A stretch of 64,000 nucleotides of DNA from Candidatus Zhuqueibacterota bacterium. GTDB taxonomy: Bacteria > Zhuqueibacterota > Zhuqueibacteria > Thermofontimicrobiales > Thermofontimicrobiaceae. A program made the translations under genes and the position numbers. The notes below the pieces were generated by a model, which worked only from the letters and a program-made list of their open reading frames with translations, was not told the origin of the DNA and searched no databases. The DNA is taken from NCBI GenBank assembly GCA_049322915.1, contig JBMOPW010000016.1, positions 39,971 through 103,970 on the forward strand. Reading direction: 5' to 3'. Below, in pieces: positions 9,250 through 17,987 of this stretch (position 1 is the stretch's first letter; each line of letters starts with the position of its first letter).

Positions 9250-10053
9250 ATGATGGGGAAAAAATTATTCTTAATTGTGACAGCTCTGGGTGTTTTTAGC
9301 AGTGCGACGTGTTTTGCTCAGACATATTTTTCCCAGACAGAAACTTTCATAACGAAATCGACCCCTATCAATTTAATTGATAATCCTACAGCGAACTTCA
9401 TCGACAGAAAGAATTTTCAGCTCAAATTACGCGTTTATCATAGCGGAGGCATGCTCACCGGATTGACTGTCGGGCTCACGCAAAAGCTCATGTTTGGCGT
9501 GACCTATGGCGGACAGAACATCATCGGTCAGGGAAAGGTGCTGTGGAATGCGGCTCCCGGCGTGAATATCCGTTACCGCATTCGATTCGAGCGAGTGAAT
9601 TTCCCGGCGATGTGTATCGGCTTTGATTCTCAGGGTTATGGAGCGTACTATCCGGATTTGAAGCGCTACCAGATCAAATCCAAGGGTTTCTATTTCGTCA
9701 TGAGTAAAAACTATTTCATTCTGAAAGACTTCGGCGTCCATGGTGGATTAAATTACAGCGGTGAAAATCATGGCGGTGAAAAGGATTTGAACTTCTTCTG
9801 TGGCGCACATTTAATGTTGGATCCTGAACTGTCGCTGGTGTGGGATTATGATTTTGGTATCAACGATAACGACAGCAATTCGTTGGGGACCGGGAAAGGA
9901 TATATGAACGCTGGGGTTCGTTGGTATTTCTCAGAACGATTGCTGCTGGAATTTTCAGTGAAAAATTTAACCCGCAACAATAGAACAATCGACGGCGAGA
10001 CGATACCGCACTCCAATCGGGAACTCAAAATTATTTATTTCCAGTCGTTGTAG
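9250..10053 (+). CDS. Outer-membrane beta-barrel protein (YjbH-domain-like)
   Basis: Signal peptide, LIDNPTA, amphipathic strands, GFDSQGYG, GYMNAGVRW, C-terminal RELKIIYFQSL. Confidence 0.7.
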   Translation: MMGKKLFLIVTALGVFSSATCFAQTYFSQTETFITKSTPINLIDNPTANFIDRKNFQLKLRVYHSGGMLTGLTVGLTQKLMFGVTYGGQNIIGQGKVLWNAAPGVNIRYRIRFERVNFPAMCIGFDSQGYGAYYPDLKRYQIKSKGFYFVMSKNYFILKDFGVHGGLNYSGENHGGEKDLNFFCGAHLMLDPELSLVWDYDFGINDNDSNSLGTGKGYMNAGVRWYFSERLLLEFSVKNLTRNNRTIDGETIPHSNRELKIIYFQSL

Positions 10054-10157
10054 ATTTTGAATCCAACGGCCGATGATTAAGGTAGTGTTTTGTCGATAGT
10101 TCGGCGACTCTGTTAAAAGCGGATATAGCCATGATAACCCAAAAAGGTAAAAATAAA

Positions 10158-10733
10158 ATGAAACGCTTACCGAGCCATCGCGCAGTTGTCGCAAGCATCG
10201 CTCTGCTGCTGAGCTGCTTTTTGCTACAGTGCTATACAACACTGCGGCATCCTGAAGTCACCGCGCCCCGTGAGAATAGCGAATTTGTCCATAAGGGTGA
10301 AGTCACTTTTATGGACGATTGTTCTTCCTGCCACGAGCAGAGTTCGGCGGTGGCTGAACCGTATCAGGAACTCTATTACAATCCTGTATATGAACAGGAT
10401 TATAACTGGGAATATTATTTCGTTCTGCCCTGGTGGATCGATGAATATTATTATTACGAATCACTGCCGGGGGCCGGGAATAATCCCGTCCATCCGCCGG
10501 AAAGACGCGGTTTTGAAAGAGGAGAAATCGGCGGGACGCCCAGTTATTCCACTCCCAATATGTCCCAACCCGCTTTGTCCAAAACGCCAACCACGGATAG
10601 CAATTCGTCGGAACCGGAAAAGCGGCATGAAAGGCGAGATTCTGTAACCGATCAAAAAAAGGAATCCACGAAGTCCGTCACACCCGAACCGGTTCGTGAA
10701 AAGAAAGAAAAAAAAATCGAAGAGAAAAAATAG
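10158..10733 (+). CDS. Lipoprotein with a single CxxCH motif and low-complexity charged tail
   Basis: Lipobox-like LLQC-YTTLRHP; DCSSCHEQ; Tyr/Trp-rich middle; Lys/Glu-rich tail. Confidence 0.7.
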   Translation: MKRLPSHRAVVASIALLLSCFLLQCYTTLRHPEVTAPRENSEFVHKGEVTFMDDCSSCHEQSSAVAEPYQELYYNPVYEQDYNWEYYFVLPWWIDEYYYYESLPGAGNNPVHPPERRGFERGEIGGTPSYSTPNMSQPALSKTPTTDSNSSEPEKRHERRDSVTDQKKESTKSVTPEPVREKKEKKIEEKK

Positions 10734-10821
10734 CCGAAACGCTGATTGGAACAGCCCTCGGATGTTCATGCTCACAAATTCAGATCAAGGATGTTGCGTA
10801 AGGTAAGTTACCGGAGGTCAA

Positions 10822-13239
10822 ATGCCGCGAGTTGCCAAAGTCATTCTGGTGATTTTAGGAATGGCAATTCTGATTTTGATTATCACGTTGGTCATTGGTG
10901 TACGACTTCTCAAAAAATCGTTACCTCAAACAACCGGCACAGTGGAAATTCAAGGATTGCGGCAGCCGGTTCGCGTCATCCGGGATCATCATGGTCTCCC
11001 CCACATTTTTGCTGAAAACAGTGACGACCTCTATTTCGCGATGGGCTATGTCGTCGCTCAGGACAGGCTCTGGCAAATGGACATCAACCGACGTTCAGCC
11101 CTGGGCACCCTGTCCGAAATTTATGGCAAAAGCACTCTGTCTTATGATCGGTTCATTCATACCATTGGCCTGCCTTCCATAGCCAGGAATCTGACCGAGT
11201 CGCTGAGTCCGGAGTCGAAGAAAATTCTGACTTCGTACGCCGATGGTGTCAATGCGTTCATCACGACGCATTTCGATCAACTCCCCATTGAATTCGCTGT
11301 ATTGGACTATGAGCCGCAGGCCTGGGAGGTGGAGCATAGCCTGGCGTATCAGCGGCTGATGGCCTGGGGGCTGGAAATGGCCTGGTTCGTCGATCCGGTG
11401 TACGGCCAGTTGGCAGGGAAAGTGACGCCGGAGAAACTGGCGGAAATTTCGCTGGATGAATCTGCCGGCAAGAAACCGCGCTTGCATCAATTTAGAGAAC
11501 ATTCTCCAATCGCTCACCAAACGTTTCAGGAATTGAATGACACACTCAACACCCTGGCCGGGTTTTTCGGGACAGGTCTCGGCAGCAATAGCTGGGTGGT
11601 GTCCGGTCGAAAAACAAAGACCGGGAAACCGCTATTGGCCAACGATCCGCATCTTGAATTGAAGAATCCCGGCATCTGGTACGAGGTTCATCTCCATGCG
11701 CCGGGCATGGATTGTCACGGCGTTTCGTTGCCGGGGATCCCCGGCATTGTCATTGGCAGGAATAAATCGTTGGCCTGGGGATTGACAAATGCCATGGCCG
11801 ATGGCTGTGATTTTTGCATCGAAAGTATGAATCCCGTCAATCAAAACCAGTATCTCTACGAGGGGCGATGGTTCGAAACAGTTCAGGAGAAAAAAGAAAT
11901 CGCGGTTCGGGATACCCTGCCGGAGACCATCACCATTCGATCCACCAAACATGGCCCCATCATTTCCGACATTGTTCCCGCCCTGCAGGATTCCAGTCAT
12001 ACCGTATCCATAAACTGGGCCGGCTTCATCCGAAGCGATGAAGTGCTTGCGTTTTCAAAAATAAATCGCGCTCAGAATTGGGAACAGTTCCTCGATGGGC
12101 TGAGACATTTCGCAGTGCCGGCACAAAACTTCATGTATGCCGACGTTGCAGGAAATATCGGCCACTATTGCGCCGGCAAAATTCCCATCCGGGTCAAAGG
12201 TCGCGGACTTGTGCCGCTGCCCGGTCAGAACGGTGACTGCGAGTGGGAGGGATGGATTCCGTTCGAGCAGTTGCCTCACGACTTCAATCCGTTGAATGGC
12301 ATCCTGCATTCAGCCAATAATCAATTAGGCGATCCGCTCTATCCCTATTTCATCTCCAGCTACTGGGAGCCTTCGTACCGCGCGGATCGGATTATCGAAC
12401 GGCTCACGCAAACCGAGATTTTCGACGCCGACGCTTTTCAGGCGATTCAGATGGACCTAATTTCCAGGCATGGCGAGTTCATGAAACCGTTCATTTTAAA
12501 AGTCCTGCCCGGTTTCGAGCAAAAGGATAAACTGACTGAATTTTTCTGCAACACCATTGTATCATGGGATTTCAATACGGACACACGGTCAGTTGGCGCC
12601 ACCATTTTCGAGGTCTATCTGATAAAATTATATGAAAATATCTATCTCGATGAAATGGGCGAGCCGCTCTTTCAGAGTTTTATGAGATTGCCCAATATCC
12701 CGATTCGCGTCACCGATCAACTTTTGACACAGGGAGTATCCCGGTGGTTCGATAATGTCAGTACGCCGGATACGGTCGAAGTCATGGACGGCATTCTATT
12801 GGAATCGCTCCATGAGACGTATGACTTTTTAATAGCGAATTTCGGTGAAAAAGTATTCGACTGGCGCTGGGGGCAAATTCATACCATCACCTTTGACCAT
12901 CCCCTGGGAAAAAAGGCGCCGCTGAATAGCCTGTTCAATATCGGCCCGTTTCCGATCGGTGGTTCTGAAACGACCGTCAATAATGCAACTTACAGAATGC
13001 GTGGAAATCAATTCGAGACTGTCGTTGGTCCGTCGCTGCGGCAGATCATTGATTTGTCACACCCAAATAAATCGCGCTGGATGATAACCACAGGACAAAC
13101 TGCGCATCCGCTCAGCCGCCATTTCAAAGACATGGCGCCCATGTGGCTGAATGGCGACTACCTACCCATGATGACTGACAGCCTGAAAATTTGCACCTCG
13201 GACTTTGACAATTTGGTTTTAAAGCCAGATAACTTCTGA
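10822..13239 (+). CDS. Penicillin acylase family (Ntn-hydrolase, peptidase S45) protein
   Basis: RDHHGLPHIFA, AQDRLWQMD, autoprocessing site GSNSWVV, LLANDPHL, HGPIIS, PAQNFMYAD. Confidence 0.95.
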   Translation: MPRVAKVILVILGMAILILIITLVIGVRLLKKSLPQTTGTVEIQGLRQPVRVIRDHHGLPHIFAENSDDLYFAMGYVVAQDRLWQMDINRRSALGTLSEIYGKSTLSYDRFIHTIGLPSIARNLTESLSPESKKILTSYADGVNAFITTHFDQLPIEFAVLDYEPQAWEVEHSLAYQRLMAWGLEMAWFVDPVYGQLAGKVTPEKLAEISLDESAGKKPRLHQFREHSPIAHQTFQELNDTLNTLAGFFGTGLGSNSWVVSGRKTKTGKPLLANDPHLELKNPGIWYEVHLHAPGMDCHGVSLPGIPGIVIGRNKSLAWGLTNAMADGCDFCIESMNPVNQNQYLYEGRWFETVQEKKEIAVRDTLPETITIRSTKHGPIISDIVPALQDSSHTVSINWAGFIRSDEVLAFSKINRAQNWEQFLDGLRHFAVPAQNFMYADVAGNIGHYCAGKIPIRVKGRGLVPLPGQNGDCEWEGWIPFEQLPHDFNPLNGILHSANNQLGDPLYPYFISSYWEPSYRADRIIERLTQTEIFDADAFQAIQMDLISRHGEFMKPFILKVLPGFEQKDKLTEFFCNTIVSWDFNTDTRSVGATIFEVYLIKLYENIYLDEMGEPLFQSFMRLPNIPIRVTDQLLTQGVSRWFDNVSTPDTVEVMDGILLESLHETYDFLIANFGEKVFDWRWGQIHTITFDHPLGKKAPLNSLFNIGPFPIGGSETTVNNATYRMRGNQFETVVGPSLRQIIDLSHPNKSRWMITTGQTAHPLSRHFKDMAPMWLNGDYLPMMTDSLKICTSDFDNLVLKPDNF

Positions 13240-13263
13240 CTCGCTGAACCGAAAGGGGATTCC

Positions 13264-14223
13264 ATGGTCCAAAAGCTAATTTCCGAGCTCAATCCCGGTG
13301 ATTCAGTAATCGCATTTTTTGTCATTCGAAAAAAGGAAATCAAATTTCAAAAATCCAGTCAGGAGATGTATCTATCCCTGGAATTTGGAGATCGTTCGGG
13401 CAGAATCCGCGGGTCGCTGTGGAAGGGCGTCCCTGAGATGAATAAATTTCTGCTGCCCGGCGACATCGTCAAAGTGAAAGGGAAGGTCATCACGTTCCTG
13501 GAGCAGCCGTATATCACAATTGAAAAGATACGCAAAGCCAAGCCCGATGACACTATCGATCCGGCGCAATTCCTGCCAGTGTCGGCACACGATGTGGCGC
13601 AACTGTTAGCTGATGTGCAGCAACGCCTGGCTTCAATCACCGATGCTCACCTGAAAACTCTCAGCGATACGTTTCTGAATGACCAGGAATTTGTCGACGC
13701 CTTCTGTTCAGCCCCGGGCGGCAAACTATGGCATCATGCCTGTATCGGCGGGCTGCTGGAGCACACGCTTTCGGTGATGAAAATCGCGGCGCTGATCAGC
13801 GACCATTACGGGGATTCGATCAATAAGGATCTGCTGATGACAGCCTCGTTTCTGCACGACATCGGCAAGATCGAGGAATTCAGCGCCAAAGGATTTATCG
13901 ATTATTCCACGCCGGGCCGACTCCTCGGGCATATCGCAATCGCGGCGAATCTCATTTCGGAAAAGATGCGTCAGTTCAACGGTTTCCCTGACAATGTGCG
14001 GGAACAACTCCTTCACTGCATTTTGAGTCATCACGGCCAAAAAGAGCGTGGCTCGCCAGTGATACCCATGACGTTGGAGGCGTTGATTCTTGCTCACGCG
14101 GACGAACTGGACTCCTCGGTGGCCGCCTTCAGCCGAATTATTTCCCGTGAGAAAGAGCCTGGAAAAGAATGGAGCAATTACGTTAATTTGATCGACCGGT
14201 TCATCTACCTGGGAGAAGAATAA
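13264..14223 (+). CDS. yhaM: 3'-5' exoribonuclease YhaM family (OB fold + HD domain)
   Basis: OB fold (GDRSGRI, DIVKVKG); HHACIGGLLEHT, LHDIGKIEE, ILSHHG, AHADELD. Confidence 0.88.
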   Translation: MVQKLISELNPGDSVIAFFVIRKKEIKFQKSSQEMYLSLEFGDRSGRIRGSLWKGVPEMNKFLLPGDIVKVKGKVITFLEQPYITIEKIRKAKPDDTIDPAQFLPVSAHDVAQLLADVQQRLASITDAHLKTLSDTFLNDQEFVDAFCSAPGGKLWHHACIGGLLEHTLSVMKIAALISDHYGDSINKDLLMTASFLHDIGKIEEFSAKGFIDYSTPGRLLGHIAIAANLISEKMRQFNGFPDNVREQLLHCILSHHGQKERGSPVIPMTLEALILAHADELDSSVAAFSRIISREKEPGKEWSNYVNLIDRFIYLGEE

Positions 14224-14649
14224 GCCCGCAGTCCTTTTTCTCCCGGTCGACACCCGGATGGATGAATCGGAATACATTTCCCCGCGACACGGAGCACCGC
14301 ATGCAACCGCCATTGTGCAGCGAGGGATGAAATCTTGTGTCTTAACCTCTCAAAAAAACCTGGCTGCCTGCCAATATTTTAATTGCAACTTATAAATTAA
14401 TATATTAAATTCGAATTTATTTTTTCAAAATCCATGCATAATTTCAGAGTGCGAGTTGTCATTGTTCGCCGACTGGTTTCCAGTGATGGAGAGAAGCGTT
14501 TCTGCGCACTATTATTTTTTCGCGCCGATGTTCATACTCAATACACTGACAAATGCTGTGTGAAATTTAAATCATACGCCATGTATCTTTCGAACGTTAT
14601 TTTGAGCCGGAATGGCAGTATTGCTCATTTTCAATTGAAGAGATGAACT

Positions 14650-16299
14650 ATGAAGCTTGCAAAAACAGTTCTGTTTTTCATCCTCCTGCTTTCCCCTCTG
14701 GCAACGGGACAGACCCTGCTGACCCGCGCGGAAGCGAGCCATTTTACCGCGACTTCAAACTATGCAGAGGTGCTCGATTTTTTGAACCAGCTTCAGCAGA
14801 AAAGTCAGTTGATGAAGTTAATTTCCATCGGACAGTCCACCGAAGGGCGCGAGATTATATTAGCCATTCTGGGCGATCCCGCGCCGGCTTCTCCGGCGCA
14901 GTTGCTGGCGATGGACAAACCGGCAATTTACATTCAGGCAAATATTCACGCCGGCGAAGTGGAAGGCAAGGAAGCCATGCTGATGCTGATGCGGGACATC
15001 CTCACTGGCGAGCTCAGACAGTTGCTGAAAAATCAGGTGCTGCTCATCGTTCCCAATTTCAATCCGGATGGCAACGAACAAATCGATCAAAAGAATCGAC
15101 GCAATCAACTTGGGCCTGAAGGCGGAGTGGGCGTGCGGCACAATGGCCAGAATCTGGATTTGAATCGTGATTTCATCAAAGTGGAAAGCCCTGAAAATGC
15201 AGCGGCATTCGCCGAGATACTCAATCGCTGGGACCCCATGCTGCTGATTGATCTTCACACCACCAACGGCTCCTATCACCAGCATCCGGTGACGTTTGCC
15301 ACATCGCACAATCCCAATTGCAATCAGTCGCTGCCGCACTATGTCCGCGAGAAGCTGCTCGCCAACGTGGTGGCTGAGATGGAATCGCGATATGATTACT
15401 CTGCCGTCTACTACGGGAATTTCGAGGATCACCGGGACCCGAACCGGGGGTGGACGACTGTGGATCACGAGGTCTTTTATAGCACTAACTACTGGGGATT
15501 GCGCAACCGATTCGCCATCCTGGATGAGAATTACTCCTATGCGGATTACGAAACCCGGGTGCGCGCCTGTTACCGTTTCATCCAACTCATCCTGGAATAC
15601 ACCCAAAAGCATGGCGCTGAGATGAGACGCATGATTCAACAGGTGGATTCGGAGACAATTTCGCGGGGGCTGAGTCCTGATACGACGGCGCAATTTGGGC
15701 TGGAGTTCCAAACCGTGCAATGCGAGAAGCCGATCCTCATTAAAAGCTATGAGTTTGAAAAATACAATGACGAGAATGGCCGCGAGCGCGTGAAGAAAAC
15801 CGATCGGATGAAGGATTACACCATCCCGTTCTTTGGTAAATTCATCAAAACGAAACAGATCGCGCTGCCCAAAGGCTATTTTTTTTCAGGCAATCTGCAT
15901 GAAGTCGCGGCAAAACTGATGCAGCATGGCATTGCGGTGGAGCGGTTGAACCAGCCGCTGCATGCGTCGGTCGAGTCATTTCAGATAAGCGAGATAAAAC
16001 CGGATGAGCGGCTGTATCAGGGGCATCGGCGAACCCGGTTGAAAGGCGTGTACCAAATGGTCGAAAAGGACTTCCCGGCCGGGACTTTTTACGTGGGCAT
16101 GGATCAGCCGCTGGCAGACCTGGTCGCCTATTTGCTGGAGCCGGAGAGCGATGGCGGACTGGTGCAATGGAATTTTTTCGACCGGTACCTGATGGTCAGC
16201 CAGTGGGGGAATCAGCTCCATCCATTTCCTGTGTTTCGGTTGAAAGGGCCGATGAATTTTTCCAGACAACTCTGGACATCCGATGGGACAGGGGAGTGA
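14650..16299 (+). CDS. Secreted M14-family zinc carboxypeptidase
   Basis: Signal peptide; IHAGEVEGKE, NPDGNE, DLNRDF, DLHTTNG. Confidence 0.92.
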   Translation: MKLAKTVLFFILLLSPLATGQTLLTRAEASHFTATSNYAEVLDFLNQLQQKSQLMKLISIGQSTEGREIILAILGDPAPASPAQLLAMDKPAIYIQANIHAGEVEGKEAMLMLMRDILTGELRQLLKNQVLLIVPNFNPDGNEQIDQKNRRNQLGPEGGVGVRHNGQNLDLNRDFIKVESPENAAAFAEILNRWDPMLLIDLHTTNGSYHQHPVTFATSHNPNCNQSLPHYVREKLLANVVAEMESRYDYSAVYYGNFEDHRDPNRGWTTVDHEVFYSTNYWGLRNRFAILDENYSYADYETRVRACYRFIQLILEYTQKHGAEMRRMIQQVDSETISRGLSPDTTAQFGLEFQTVQCEKPILIKSYEFEKYNDENGRERVKKTDRMKDYTIPFFGKFIKTKQIALPKGYFFSGNLHEVAAKLMQHGIAVERLNQPLHASVESFQISEIKPDERLYQGHRRTRLKGVYQMVEKDFPAGTFYVGMDQPLADLVAYLLEPESDGGLVQWNFFDRYLMVSQWGNQLHPFPVFRLKGPMNFSRQLWTSDGTGE

Positions 16300-16303
16300 C
16301 CGT

Positions 16304-17200
16304 ATGAACCTCTATGTCGGGCCGGCCGGATGGAATTATAAGGACTGGGAAGGCATCGTTTATCCATCCCGAAAGGAAAAGAACTTCGATCCGCTGGCGT
16401 ATCTGTCCCGATTTTTCAACGCGCTGGAAATTAACAGCCCGTTCTATCGTCCGCCTGCGGTCCATGCAGCGAAAACCTGGGTTGAGCGCGTGAAGTCCCG
16501 CGGCGAGTTTTTATTCACGTATAAATTATGGCAAAACTATACGCATCAGCGGGATCAATTTCCCGGCGGTCATGAAGAAACTCGGGTGAAGCAAGGTCTG
16601 GATGTCCTGCGTGAAAACGGGCGGCTCGGCGCGCTGCTCATCCAGTTCCCCTGGTCGTTTCAGCGGTCGCCTGAAAACTACAACTGGCTCAGCAAAGTGC
16701 TCCGGTTGTTCAAGGACTATCTGCCGGTGGTGGAGATCCGGCACGATTCGTGGAATGAACCACAATTTTTTGAACTGCTCAGCAACGCCGGCGCCGGGTT
16801 CGCTAATATTGATCAGCCGACGGTGTCTCATTCAATCGGACTGACCAATCGTTACACCAGTCCCACAGGGTATGTGCGCCTGCACGGTCGCAACGCTGCC
16901 AATTGGTTTTCGGAATCGGCGACAGTGGCCAGTCGCTACGACTATCTCTATCAGCCCGAAGAATTGACGTCGATAAAAACGACCATCGAGGCTCTGTTCG
17001 AAAACAACGCCAGGACGTTCATCATTTTCAATAATCATTACCGGGGACAGGCTGTGGCCAATGGGCTTCAAATGATGCATCTATTCTCGAATCACCTGGT
17101 CGCTGCGCCGGCGGAATTGGTGAGGTTTTATCCCCAACTCGAGTCTATCGCGCGGAACGTATCAACAGGCGGACAGGTTTCGCTATTTGGGCCGAGTTGA
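16304..17200 (+). CDS. DUF72 (YecE-like) protein
   Basis: GPAGWNYKDW, EINSPFY, LLIQFP, VEIRHDSW, YVRLHGRN, RYDYLY, FNNH. Start at ATG 16304 avoids overlap with the peptidase. Confidence 0.92.
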   Translation: MNLYVGPAGWNYKDWEGIVYPSRKEKNFDPLAYLSRFFNALEINSPFYRPPAVHAAKTWVERVKSRGEFLFTYKLWQNYTHQRDQFPGGHEETRVKQGLDVLRENGRLGALLIQFPWSFQRSPENYNWLSKVLRLFKDYLPVVEIRHDSWNEPQFFELLSNAGAGFANIDQPTVSHSIGLTNRYTSPTGYVRLHGRNAANWFSESATVASRYDYLYQPEELTSIKTTIEALFENNARTFIIFNNHYRGQAVANGLQMMHLFSNHLVAAPAELVRFYPQLESIARNVSTGGQVSLFGPS

Positions 17201-17284
17201 CATTCGTACGGCCGGGTTGCCGGGGCAGGCCAGTGAGGCACAAGCCGGACACATCGATAATTTCAATGAATAAAGAATTTTGTC

Positions 17285-17531
17285 GTAACCGATCACAGGG
17301 TGAATAGACAAAAACCGCTGAAGCGGTTTCAGGAGTTCTTTTGAGATGATTATAACACCACAATGAATTGTGGTGTTAGTTCAACTCCCCTTTGAATCAA
17401 CACCATGATTCCCAGTATTGTCTCCTTAAAAAATATGGAAGACTGGGCAATGCATCATGGTGTTGATTGTATGAATGAAACATGTCCGAAGCCGTTTCAA
17501 CGGCTTCTATCTACATCCCGTAATCGGTTAC
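17285..17531. mobile_element. MITE, 247 bp, GTAAC termini, with REP-like internal hairpins
   Basis: Ends GTAACCGATCAC / GTAATCGGTTAC; exact 8-bp direct repeat ATTTTGTC at 17277-17284 and 17532-17539; no coding capacity. Confidence 0.85.
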
Positions 17532-17583
17532 ATTTTGTCATCTGATAAACGGTGTAAATTTTAAAATTTAGACAGAGGGTGTT

Positions 17584-17940
17584 ATGGCAATTTTGGGCTA
17601 TTTTCTATTGGGCGCGATTGCGGGTTTTCTCGGAGGCGCATTTGGAGTCGGCGGCGGAATTATCATGGTTCCGGCCCTGTTGATACTTTTTAAGCAACCC
17701 ATTCATATGGCTATTGGCACGTCGCTGATGCTGATCATTCCCATTTCCATCGCCGGGGCGCTGCGCCATTACATGCAGCACAATGTGGAAATGAATATCG
17801 TTCTGATGGCTGGCATTGGGGGAATCATCGGCGCCGTTCTCGGCGCGACTGTCATTATGAACATCCCGGCGATTTATGTGAAACGCGCCCTCGCAATCAT
17901 CTTGATTTATTCCGCGATCCGATTGTGGTTCGCCAAATAA
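17584..17940 (+). CDS. Sulfite exporter TauE/SafE family, half-size
   Basis: GAIAGFLGGAFGVGGGIIMVP, AIGTSL; 118 aa, about 4 TMs. Confidence 0.88.
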   Translation: MAILGYFLLGAIAGFLGGAFGVGGGIIMVPALLILFKQPIHMAIGTSLMLIIPISIAGALRHYMQHNVEMNIVLMAGIGGIIGAVLGATVIMNIPAIYVKRALAIILIYSAIRLWFAK

Positions 17941-17987
17941 AGTGTGAGCTTAATCAGAATGGAAATTCTATAATTTCAGGAAGGTCA

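Noticed and set aside
14478..14540. Fluoride-riboswitch-like GATGGAG...GCCGATG...TAC
   Set aside because: Poor spacing and pseudoknot match; the downstream gene is a peptidase, not a fluoride-related gene.
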